From NCBI GenBank assembly GCA_965219455.1, contig OZ244744.1, positions 1,376,001 to 1,440,000 on the forward strand: 64,000 bases of DNA, in the 5' to 3' direction. Below are positions 10,401-18,723 of the stretch, piece after piece. The notes beneath the pieces are model-generated. The model was not told where the DNA came from, searched no databases, and worked only from the letters and a program-made list of their open reading frames with translations. This DNA is from Candidatus Latescibacterota bacterium. GTDB taxonomy: Bacteria > Latescibacterota > UBA2968 > GCA-2709665. The stretch's first letter is position 1, and each line of letters starts with the position of its first letter. Both the position numbers and the translations under genes were made by a program.

Positions 10401-10500
10401 CAACAATTTTGCCGGTCGTACCCGCCAACGCCGCGCCAGCGAACGCGAGAATCGCAAACACCGTGAGCGCAAAGAAAAAACCGGTCGTCAATCTGTTCAT
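7423..10500 (-). CDS. TonB-dependent receptor with N-terminal carboxypeptidase-regulatory-like domain
   Basis: MNRLTT...ALA signal, GKIVGNVTDDNGEPLPGASVV, plug IRGG...ITGGMNAEYGNAQAGVV, C-terminal EPRITHVGIRMRF. Confidence 0.9.
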   Translation of the reverse strand: MNRLTTGFFFALTVFAILAFAGAALAGTTGKIVGNVTDDNGEPLPGASVVLEGTRLGASTDAEGFYIIVSADPAMYKMTASMVGYHSVTQEQIQVRSDFTVTLNFRLREQELELEEMVVVAEAPPVEPDKTESRYVVTAQDIARTPILRDASEFVALEAGVAVDGSGVIRGGQVEDNLIYVDGVRLQNQDGRGGPTSRGSQWWGANVKALQEVSVITGGMNAEYGNAQAGVVQMVTRDGGSTYLGEAEYRLTPGGKKHWGANVYDAPEHRGHMRWNDPAWTSEVDPETGALVHQRTNYTDQRGHYFDAYLGGPLLPETSFFISSRHRRDAAAFPGAWTVRPFNTRNTAKLTIRAHDSVKMQIGWIYDRWKVFNNGGLGGTTRSVSNVLRGPGRDIFLPVGSPAGEMTNTESVVYGVVTHTVSPRTFYELRLSRYQSTQDTSGVSNTTADIGSDSDGWFYTDRGDVRAYTLGQQTRSGLKSDLSSQLTKTHFYKIGIDFTGYSNHFIREGNTPGDARKQILYIGDPEPGTPTEPRQFAAYVQDKMEFEGFIVNAGIRYDRFWGANVPVMGALRAFQYTTMSRYLTAPRYPMKPIVNWSPRLGISHPITYRSSLHFFYGHFYQLPSFYQMFHDQWFGSGDGIPGIGFSEYTSHYRPATTSIARPMWDNTARTISFELGADWNFISDYTLALATFYKSASFQETGGWDVFLYPELRGAGVRLRQRLTSSLSNIRLEDTRGLEFSLRKGFSHYFSFRAALNLAWSDYSLGGGGTVSNGATVIPDSNYIASGNYFFAWEAAGGSERPVTLTDEQIRIIGHGANEAIKTAQADRRVAGGYVYDFSTNRDAIVPTWEENWLSDAAREGARGLWIVHGHRANPGTEVGRRSQGSLQMFLSTPQDFGMGPNVAGSTLLGGINANLIYRIYTGSQFTYLVLDGTRQVARGPLRTVMDLNLQKRFEFGRANADVFLEVFNLFNQQDAFASGTDYMWWGLQAPRPNDANYLNYGDFQDRSRYIGEPRITHVGIRMRF

Positions 10501-10832
10501 ACCCGTATCCCCCATCTGCAATAATTCAGCGCCAAAGCAAAATCCGAGCGGTATTCTCACTGAAAACTCGAGGACTCCATTTCTACACCGATCGCGAAAC
10601 AATGCATTCTGTTCAACATGCAACGCCCACCCTGAGGAATTCTACTATCTTAAAATAACACATTTGAAATACGTTACGATCTTGCGGTTTGTCAAGGACT
10701 ATCTCATTGTTTCTTTTCGTGCACCGTCCCTCCGGCAGACCGACGCTGAGCCGCTCCCTGAGCCTTGCGGTCCCTGAGCTTGTCGAAGGGTCGAAGGGCT
10801 TTGGTAGGGTGTCGAACCTGCGTTGCACACCT

Positions 10833-12266
10833 CTAATCTTCCCCCGCGTTCATAAGTGCGACCGCGCCATCCACCAACGCTTCGCCCCCACCCGATCCCA
10901 CGGGAGTGAACGCGGTCTCGTACCCTCCCAGGTCGAAGGCCTCCCGGTCGACGATGTAGCTGATGGCGCCAAACTCGTTCGCAAGCGCCGCAATCACCAG
11001 TTGGCGGGAACCGGACTGCTCCCGGATTGCCGTACCAAGAGACGTAAACGGTTCTCCAGGAAGCCCCAGAAAGACCCCTTCACCCACCCCCAGCGCCTGT
11101 ACTTCCGTGAGGTGATGGGATTCCGGCGCCGCACGCTGCCAATCGGCCAGGAGGACGTCTTCCACGTGGCGGTACCCCTCCTTCAGAGGCAGCGCCACCT
11201 CCCGCCGGCGGGCCCAAACGTCCGGCGCGGCATCCCAGTGCGCTACCCCATCAATTGCCGCTATTGCCCCGTGCGCCAGCCGCCCGCCCAGACGCGCCAG
11301 CTCCCGTTCGAATCCCCGCTCCCGTCTTGCAAGGCTTTCCCCGGGATCCTCGCCCGGTCGGGTCTTCCAGACGTCATCGATATCGATATTCCAGATTGTG
11401 GTGACGTCACCCTCGGGTCCGGCGGTATAGAGTACGACCGGCGGTTCGCCGCCATCGCGCACCCACGCTTCCGCCACGCGCTCGGCCGCCGCGCCAGCGA
11501 TTTCCGCGGAAATCCCCGATCCACAGAAAATCCACGGATGGGTGCCGTAGTTGATCACCGCCGCCAGCGGCGCTTCGGTCCCCTGCTCCCTCACCGTGAA
11601 CACCCGCACGAGCGGATCGACCAACGTGCGCGAAACCACGCGGACGCCGTAAGCCGGCTCCCGTCTCGGATCTCCCCAGTTCCCGTCCGACATCAGCACG
11701 CGCCTTGAACTGGCCACGCCCTCAACCGGGGCCTCTCCGAACCCCACCGCGGCAGGTCTCCGCGCATCATAGGCCTCTTCCACGGCCGCGACCGCCTGCG
11801 CGACAAACCACGCCTTCCATTCCATGTCCGTCTCGCCAACCCAACTGGCCGAGGACGAGACCGCCGTGACCTTACCCATGGCGGCGGGCGCCGAGCCATC
11901 TCCCCTTACGGTGAGGCGGACCATATCCTCCGGGCTGTACGTCGTGGCCACGGGGCAGAACGCCGGCCCCGAATGCGTGTGCGTCGCACAGACCATGACC
12001 GTCTCGGGACTCAGCCCCGTCACCTCCGCGGCGCCCTGGCGGATCTGCCCGGTCGCGACCGCGTCCACGCCCGTCAGATCGACGGCAACCAGGGCCCACG
12101 CCCGTTTACCGTTGGACAGCACCAGCGCCCTGGCGTAGAGATCGTCGTGCACGTAACGCGACTTGATATCGCCTGAGGCCCGGGGGTTCCACCCCGACAT
12201 CGACACGCCCACCGGTGGTGTGATCACCCGCGTCGCTGCGCCGGCGCGTAAGATTTGTTGACCCAT
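10833..12266 (-). CDS. Neutral/alkaline ceramidase-family hydrolase
   Basis: ITPPVG, HDDLYARALVL, ATHTHSGP, NYGTHP, GLPGEPF motifs. Confidence 0.8.
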   Translation of the reverse strand: MGQQILRAGAATRVITPPVGVSMSGWNPRASGDIKSRYVHDDLYARALVLSNGKRAWALVAVDLTGVDAVATGQIRQGAAEVTGLSPETVMVCATHTHSGPAFCPVATTYSPEDMVRLTVRGDGSAPAAMGKVTAVSSSASWVGETDMEWKAWFVAQAVAAVEEAYDARRPAAVGFGEAPVEGVASSRRVLMSDGNWGDPRREPAYGVRVVSRTLVDPLVRVFTVREQGTEAPLAAVINYGTHPWIFCGSGISAEIAGAAAERVAEAWVRDGGEPPVVLYTAGPEGDVTTIWNIDIDDVWKTRPGEDPGESLARRERGFERELARLGGRLAHGAIAAIDGVAHWDAAPDVWARRREVALPLKEGYRHVEDVLLADWQRAAPESHHLTEVQALGVGEGVFLGLPGEPFTSLGTAIREQSGSRQLVIAALANEFGAISYIVDREAFDLGGYETAFTPVGSGGGEALVDGAVALMNAGED

Positions 12267-12752
12267 ACCTGAAATTCCCGTTGGATTGAAAGGAAGCTGT
12301 AAGCCTTCAACTTTCAGCTATCGGCAATGAGTGTCCTGTCCCAAAATATCTAACCACTCTCCCGCCTGCCTCGCATGCTTCAGCAGGCAGGCCGATTCAT
12401 CCCGTCTGGCAGCGTCGCATTCCTTGCCTGCGTTTCGCCACCCCGTAACGTCCCCAATTCCCTTGCCCTTTTTCTTGCTTCGCCCAAGAAAAAGGGCGAA
12501 AAAGAAGGGCGCCGCTCGGCGCGGGGCCGGTTTTTCCGCGAATCTCCTTAGTGGAGAAAACGTAAGACACTGCCCTGAGACCGGCTTAGCATACACAAAA
12601 CGACACTGCTGGACGGAAAAACGCGGAAAAACCCCCCTCTCCGCCACCGGATGGCCGGGAGGTATACCGCGACGGCGTTTTGAACGTGTTCTCGGTCTAG
12701 CCGCCAGTCCAGATCCAAATCTATACGTGTTCACGTACCGTAATGATACTAG

Positions 12753-12861
12753 GAGTCTGCGCCGCAGAAAACTCACTATACTATATATAGTTAAAGAAGA
12801 TATCTGAGGACACTATATATAGTATAGTGCGGTGCTCAAATCAGTTCTGGAGCGCAGGCTC
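12753..12861. mobile_element. Putative 109-bp MITE flanked by CTAG duplication
   Basis: CTAG|GAGTCTGCGCCGCAGAA...TTCTGGAGCGCAGGCTC|CTAG (14/17 inverted match); internal perfect 18-bp inverted repeat. Confidence 0.6.
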
Positions 12862-12881
12862 CTAGACGGATTAACGCTTGT

Positions 12882-12922
12882 CTCCCCCTTTCCTTTAGGA
12901 GAGGGGGCCGGGGGGAGAGGTC
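12882..12922 (-). repeat. 41-bp dispersed REP-like repeat
   Basis: Reverse complement identical to 27527-27567 (GACCTCTCCCCCCGGCCCCCTCTCCTAAAGGAAAGGGGGAG). Confidence 0.75.
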
Positions 12923-13045
12923 ACGGCGCTGATGTCAACTGATTGGGTTTTTGGTTCAAGCTGACGGCTGAGTTCTGATAGCTGTTTTTCTGCTTCTGAT
13001 CGGCCGAATTCAGGCAACCTATTTCTGGGAAAGAACACCAGCACA

Positions 13046-14224
13046 TCACCCGCCCTTCGGAGCGTCGCCCGACTGTACGAAGAGCTTCCGCTCGAGCCCG
13101 CAGAGGCATTCCGGACCCTTTTCGTGCATCGCAAACGTATCTTCGCACTTGAAGTGTCCAATGCCGGGATATTTCACCTTGTACTCCAGCGTGAACGCAT
13201 GGCCGGGAAGGATTTCGCCTTCCGGTTCGGGAGAAATTAACGGATAGCTGTACAGAATCCAGCCGATTCCGTGCGAATGAAAGCCCACGTTGAGGCCTGT
13301 CGGATCCCCCAGCGAATCAAAAAGGACCTCTTTCGACAAGCTGTCCACCTCGGCGCAGGAGATTCCGGGTTTCAAATGGTCGAAAACGACCTGCGTTGTT
13401 CTTGTGCAGGCCAGACTGCACCGCTCCACTTCCGGCGGCACCGAAGCGCCGAAATAAAAATTCCTCCCGATATCCGAGATGAGTCCCTTGTAGACAGTTG
13501 ACACGTCGATATGAATGAGTGTCTCCGGCTTCAGGGGAGGACCCTTCAACTCGCGGCCGGTAAAGTGGAAATCCTTGAAGTGGACCGAAAAAAAATGTCC
13601 GAAACGCTCCGCATAGAGTCCCGCGGTGGATCTTACATAGACGTCCATCAGTTCCTCGGGGGTCACATCGGCAGAGAGACGGTCGAATACGCGCATCATC
13701 CCCTTTTCCGTGATCCGGCAGGCCGCCCTGAGCCTGTCCAATTCTTCGTTGGACTTGAACTCCTGGAGTTTGAAGAGTATCTCCCGGCTCTCCGTCCAGC
13801 GGATATCGGGAGCGAGTGCATCAAGCGCCGCGACCAGGTCGTGGGAAAGCGTGCCCCGTTCGATACCCACCTGGCCCGACTGAACGCCCTTTTCGCGGAG
13901 AACCCGGATGATATGCTCGGCCTGCCGCTCGTACGACGCCGCGCCCATTGTGGGACGAACATCCGGAATCCAGATATTCCGGGCCTTGAAATCCGGGAAA
14001 TCCATCTGAGCCGACGCCGTGGAAAAAGCCTGATCCGGGCGGCCGCGAACGTATCCGGCGATCGGCACGACATATTGTCCCGGCATATCGGAAAAATGGA
14101 CCCTTTCATACCAGGGCAACGTCGTAAAATAGAGGAAGGAGGCGGGACGGCAGAACAGCATCGCCTCCATGTCGGCCGATTCCAGAAGCCGATCGAGTCG
14201 CGCAACAGAAAAGAACGGTTGCAT
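13046..14224 (-). CDS. M24-family (Xaa-Pro) peptidase-like protein
   Basis: Creatinase-type N-domain, KSNEELDRLRAA, IDVSTVYKGLISDIGR, HSHGIG, TLE, EDT metal ligands. Confidence 0.85.
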   Translation of the reverse strand: MQPFFSVARLDRLLESADMEAMLFCRPASFLYFTTLPWYERVHFSDMPGQYVVPIAGYVRGRPDQAFSTASAQMDFPDFKARNIWIPDVRPTMGAASYERQAEHIIRVLREKGVQSGQVGIERGTLSHDLVAALDALAPDIRWTESREILFKLQEFKSNEELDRLRAACRITEKGMMRVFDRLSADVTPEELMDVYVRSTAGLYAERFGHFFSVHFKDFHFTGRELKGPPLKPETLIHIDVSTVYKGLISDIGRNFYFGASVPPEVERCSLACTRTTQVVFDHLKPGISCAEVDSLSKEVLFDSLGDPTGLNVGFHSHGIGWILYSYPLISPEPEGEILPGHAFTLEYKVKYPGIGHFKCEDTFAMHEKGPECLCGLERKLFVQSGDAPKGG

Positions 14225-14289
14225 TCCGGACTCCAGTCAATATAGCCTCTCATCCCCACGGCCGTACATCCCACACCCTACCTTCTTCA

Positions 14290-16467
14290 TTACTTGTACC
14301 CCGTTCTTTCAAAACAAAAGACCCGCCCGTCATACGTACCCACAACCAGCCCGCCCTCCACCACACATGGAGGCGCCGTAATCGGCGAGTCGAAGGAAGC
14401 GCTGCCCAGGCATCGGCCCGAAGCGGGATCCAGGGCATAGAGAATCCCGTCGCACCCGCCGACCAGAAGAAGATCCTCGAACATCACCGGAGCGGCCAGG
14501 ATGGACCGCACGCCCCGGCGATAGGGCACCATATCCAGCAAGTCGTCTCCTGTCCGGAACCGCCAGTGCAACGCACCGTCATCAAGATCAAAGCATAGAG
14601 CCTCGCCCTCCGGGGTGGTCGCATAGATCCGCTCGTCGTGAACCAGAAGTCCCGTGGGATATCTGGACGGCAGGATCGGCCGGTTCCAGACAACACTGCC
14701 CGATTCCGCCCGCACCGCAACGAGCGGCGATGCCTCGCCGGAGAAGTGGTGAAGGTCGGAGGCGCCGCCGCCGCTGACCAGCAGGTCTCCCGACAGGACC
14801 GGGGCTGCATAGGGGTAATCCACCCCGATCGGCTGTTCCCAGACGACGTCCCCCGTCTCGCGGTCCAGCGCCACAAGACCCATCCGCTGCACGAGCAGAA
14901 CAAGCAGGTCGCCGGAAACCTGAGGGCCGGCGTAACAGGCCCAATTGTCACTGCCTTCGTTAACCGTATGCCAACGCCGGCGCCCCGACGTCAGATCGAA
15001 GGCAGCGTAACCGGACTTGGCGCCTGCGTACACCGTTCCATCCGCAATAACCGGAGACGTGTATATCCAGCGCTCCGGATACCCGGGCAGGTCCGCCTCC
15101 CACAACGGGCCGCCGGACGCCGCGTCGAGCAAATGCACGCGGCCGGTCACCGACACAGCGGCGCATACGTTGCCGGCTACAGCGACGCTGTTCTTGACCG
15201 CCGCATCCGTAGGCGCATGCCAGAGCATGTCCCCGCTCGTTGCGCCGACGCAGCAGATTCCGGTTCGTCCAGGCCAGCCCTCGTCGCGCAGGCTCAGGAA
15301 CACGCGCTCTCCGGACGACGCGGGCGCCGCCCGGTGGAGCCCGCCCGGAATCCGTCCCTCCCAGCGCAGATGCAGTGCAACGCCGTCGAATCCGATTTTC
15401 TGTGGCGTCCGCTCCTGAGACGCTCGCGAGGCGTCCGCGGACTGCAGCACGCCCGCTTCCATGGACGAACCATTCTCTTCGAACCGTACCAGGCGGTAGC
15501 CCCTGGGGGAGGTGTCGATCCCCCCGAAACAGATCGGCGGGGTGGCGGCTACGACCATATCACCGTACGAAAATACCTTGCTGGAGTGCCAGTGCCCGTG
15601 AAGGAGGATTTGAACGTTGTACCGACTCAACGCGCAAAGAAACGAATCCGCCGGCGGGGTATGCACGACAACCACAATTTCGCGGTCCCCGGGCTGCAGC
15701 GCCAGGTCCGCCCAGAACCACCCTTCCTTGCGTTCGAGGTCCAACGTCGAGAAGAACGACTGCTCGTTGGGGTAGAACACAAAGTGCCGCCCGCCCCAAT
15801 CAAGGCTGTAATATGCGGGCCCCAGCACCTCCTCGAAGTGCAGCGTAGCGGGCTTGCCGGCGTTTTTCTTTTCGATTGCCTTAAGCTTCGGGTTATTCGG
15901 CGTCGCCTTCAGTCCTACGAACGCATCAACGGAAATACCGCCGGTGCGCTCTTCGTTCCCGTCGTGCCCGCCGAACAACGGGAAAACCGGCGTTGAAATC
16001 GTCTCGACCGCATTGCGAAAGGCGGTCAACTGGTCGAGAGTACCCCAGTCGGTAAGGTCCCCGCTGGCAATAATCAGATCGGGTCCGGCCTCCCGCTCGA
16101 GTTGCTGCAGGGCTTCCGTAAGCACGGCTCCCGAGGTGAGCGTATCCCCTTCGGTAACAACGTGGGTATCGGTAATCTGCACGAGCGTAAAACGCCGACG
16201 GTCTGTCTCGGGAGACGGCGAAAGCCGGAAATCCACCCCGTCGCGAGGCTTCGACCAGTTCCGCGTGGACCGGTAGTACCCATCCGGCGCAGAAAACCCG
16301 TCCGGAAGCGTGATAAACACGAACCGGTGCGACCCGGGTTCCACCTGGAGTTCGTACTGACCCTGCTCGTCTGTCTGTACAATCCGCTCTCCGTTCGAGA
16401 CGGAAACCCCGGCCAGGCCGCGGCCGGACGGATTTTCAATCACTCGCCCTCGAACCTGAATCTCCAT
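14290..16467 (-). CDS. Metallophosphoesterase fused to PQQ-like beta-propeller
   Basis: GVSVSNG N-domain, DTH/GDLTD/GGHD/HGHWH motifs, repeated G..LW propeller blades; start after GGAG. Confidence 0.85.
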   Translation of the reverse strand: MEIQVRGRVIENPSGRGLAGVSVSNGERIVQTDEQGQYELQVEPGSHRFVFITLPDGFSAPDGYYRSTRNWSKPRDGVDFRLSPSPETDRRRFTLVQITDTHVVTEGDTLTSGAVLTEALQQLEREAGPDLIIASGDLTDWGTLDQLTAFRNAVETISTPVFPLFGGHDGNEERTGGISVDAFVGLKATPNNPKLKAIEKKNAGKPATLHFEEVLGPAYYSLDWGGRHFVFYPNEQSFFSTLDLERKEGWFWADLALQPGDREIVVVVHTPPADSFLCALSRYNVQILLHGHWHSSKVFSYGDMVVAATPPICFGGIDTSPRGYRLVRFEENGSSMEAGVLQSADASRASQERTPQKIGFDGVALHLRWEGRIPGGLHRAAPASSGERVFLSLRDEGWPGRTGICCVGATSGDMLWHAPTDAAVKNSVAVAGNVCAAVSVTGRVHLLDAASGGPLWEADLPGYPERWIYTSPVIADGTVYAGAKSGYAAFDLTSGRRRWHTVNEGSDNWACYAGPQVSGDLLVLLVQRMGLVALDRETGDVVWEQPIGVDYPYAAPVLSGDLLVSGGGASDLHHFSGEASPLVAVRAESGSVVWNRPILPSRYPTGLLVHDERIYATTPEGEALCFDLDDGALHWRFRTGDDLLDMVPYRRGVRSILAAPVMFEDLLLVGGCDGILYALDPASGRCLGSASFDSPITAPPCVVEGGLVVGTYDGRVFCFERTGYK

Positions 16468-16672
16468 TTTTAATCTCCAATAAGCAGGAAACGGCGGCTT
16501 TCCCCACGTCTGTTTACGCGTCGACCGGCTGCCAGATCTCGTGGAGTTGCGCCGCCGTGGCAATCCCCAGGTCGATCCCGCTGCCCTGCCCACTCCTGCA
16601 GCAACGGCACCGTGACTTCCCAGACCCTGACCTGCGCAATGACCGGTGAAGACGCCACGGCCCTTTCCCTTC

Positions 16673-17485
16673 CTATGTGTCGGTCTCCTGTCGAGCCCGG
16701 AATGAATCCCGCTCCCCGAACACCTCGACGTAGTTCTGACCCGACATCTGCCCGCCGTCGGCCACGATCCCCTGGCCGGTGATAAATGCGGCCCCGTCCG
16801 AAGCCAGAAAGTAGATGATATTGGCGATATCCTCGGGTTTTCCGATGCGGTTGAGCGGTATCAGCTTCAGGTAATTCCGCACGAAAACCCGGTCCTCAAG
16901 CAGGTCCCCGTGAATCGGCGTATCGATAAACCCCGGCAGCACCGCATTCACGCGGATGCCGTCACCGCCCAGTTCCACGGCCAGCGTGCGCGTGAGAGCC
17001 AGCAGTGCTGCTTTTGAGGCATCGTACGTCGCCGCGCGCGGGCTGCTGGACAGGGCATTGCGCGAAGCCACGTTGACGATGGCCGCCCCCTCCACCCGTT
17101 TCATCCCAGGTACAAACCCGCGGATCAACGCGGATGCGCCGACGAGATTCGTATTCAGGGACGTTTCCCACATCTCATCCGTTGTCTCCGTAATATCCGC
17201 GTACAGGCACACGCCAGCGCTGTTGACCAGCACACGCGGAGGCCCGAGATCCACAACGATTCGCCTGGCGAGCGGGGTGAGGGTGCCCACGTCAGAGAGA
17301 TCACAGCGGAAGGGGTGCACGTGCGGGCCGACCCGCGAACCCTTAAGCGCGTCGAGTCCCTCAATTGACCGGTCCAGTGCCGCCGCGCGGAACCCCTCGT
17401 CCACAAAGCGCTCGACGGTGGCCTTGCCGATGCCGCTGGCGGCGCCCGTCACCACGGCGAGCGCGGCGGATGAACCTCCGGACAT
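16673..17485 (-). CDS. SDR-family oxidoreductase
   Basis: TGAASGIG, NSAG, YDASK, VLPGFIDT. Confidence 0.92.
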   Translation of the reverse strand: MSGGSSAALAVVTGAASGIGKATVERFVDEGFRAAALDRSIEGLDALKGSRVGPHVHPFRCDLSDVGTLTPLARRIVVDLGPPRVLVNSAGVCLYADITETTDEMWETSLNTNLVGASALIRGFVPGMKRVEGAAIVNVASRNALSSSPRAATYDASKAALLALTRTLAVELGGDGIRVNAVLPGFIDTPIHGDLLEDRVFVRNYLKLIPLNRIGKPEDIANIIYFLASDGAAFITGQGIVADGGQMSGQNYVEVFGERDSFRARQETDT

Positions 17486-17495
17486 GCAGGATTTC

Positions 17496-17627
17496 CTATC
17501 TTGTAATCCGCTCGAAATAATTGCACGGTATGACGTTCATCGGGCCGAGCCTGCGTTCCACCTCGTCCAAAAACAGGTTGATCCCGAGGTTGTCCACCGC
17601 GGCGTGCGGAATGCGTACGGCGCCCAT
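17496..17627 (-). pseudogene. 43-codon remnant resembling the C-terminus of a NIF3/DUF34-like protein
   Basis: MGAVRIPHAAVDNLGINLFLDEVERRLGPMNVIPCNYFERITR*; in-frame stop 9 codons upstream; family from recall only. Confidence 0.4.
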
Positions 17628-17649
17628 GCCTGTCTTACGAATCGGGGTA

Positions 17650-18723
17650 TCAACTCAGCGCATACCGCCTGAACCGGTTCAGAGACGGCGGCCCTTCGTT
17701 CAGCCACATTTCGCGATCCCGGCACACCAGAATCACACCGAAATTCGTGGTCATTCTGTTTTCATTATTCTGCGGACGCTGGCACAGGCCGCCCGGATTG
17801 TGTTCATCCATCAGGACCTCCCGCATTTCCTGCAGGCTGAGCGCTTGCCCGCCGTCTCCAAATCGCCCGTAAAGGTGGGCGATCCGGTTCAAAGAGTTCT
17901 GAAAATACCGCGTTCGGATGAACTCCGGATCCCATCTCCACGCCACGGCCTGCATCTCCTCGCTGAAATAGTGGTTTGTCGAGAATACAACGCCATGCTC
18001 CGGCTCCCGTACACCGTTCATGGCGCAGGCGTTCTCCGTGGCGGCGGCGTTTCCCTCCGCGTCGGCCAGCACGATGTTGATGCCCTTGCCCGTCAGAGAG
18101 GTCTGCCTGAGGAAGTCGACACCCTCCTTCACGTTCGCGCACCGCCGCAACAGGAGGCGGGGTACGATGTGCTGGGGCACTCCGATCCCGTCCTGCCCCT
18201 TCATCGTAGGATGACCCGAATTCGTCCCGATGCACAGCCCTTTCTCGTTCACCCCGCACTCGGTCCACACGGTTCCGATCTGGTTCACGCACAATACGTC
18301 GTATCCCTCCTCCGAACGTATCGTCAGAATCGTCAATCCCCCCAGGCGATCCGAACCCGGGCGAAAGCTCCCGTCGTCGGTCTTCCCGAGGATGGGTCCC
18401 ACGTCGCTGGCCGCAAAGGCCACGCTGCTGCAGGCGAGGTCGTCTGCGAGCGCGGGTCCGACGGCGTTGTAGGTATTCTTGAAGAACGCGTCATCATCCG
18501 GAATGTCGGCACCCCGCGCGATGCCGCGGATCTCTTCCAGAATCTCCGGGAATTCCGCCTTCAGATGCCCGCGCATCGCCTCCATCAGGGTGATCTGGCG
18601 GTCTCGAACTTCCCTATTCTCAGACAATCGGGCAAGCGTGCTCCTTATCTGCGTCCTGAACCGGCACCCGATCTGTTCTCCACGCTGGAATGGCGCGCCC
18701 TTCACTTTAAATTCAGGAATCAT
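17650..18723 (-). CDS. C45-family Ntn hydrolase/acyltransferase
   Basis: PEILEEIRGIARGA, A-CSSVAF nucleophile, GVNEKGL, STNHY. Confidence 0.85.
   Translation of the reverse strand: MIPEFKVKGAPFQRGEQIGCRFRTQIRSTLARLSENREVRDRQITLMEAMRGHLKAEFPEILEEIRGIARGADIPDDDAFFKNTYNAVGPALADDLACSSVAFAASDVGPILGKTDDGSFRPGSDRLGGLTILTIRSEEGYDVLCVNQIGTVWTECGVNEKGLCIGTNSGHPTMKGQDGIGVPQHIVPRLLLRRCANVKEGVDFLRQTSLTGKGINIVLADAEGNAAATENACAMNGVREPEHGVVFSTNHYFSEEMQAVAWRWDPEFIRTRYFQNSLNRIAHLYGRFGDGGQALSLQEMREVLMDEHNPGGLCQRPQNNENRMTTNFGVILVCRDREMWLNEGPPSLNRFRRYALS

Noticed and set aside
12318-12776. ORFs of 152-158 aa on both strands
   Set aside because: No recognisable motifs; region looks like non-coding repeat-derived sequence
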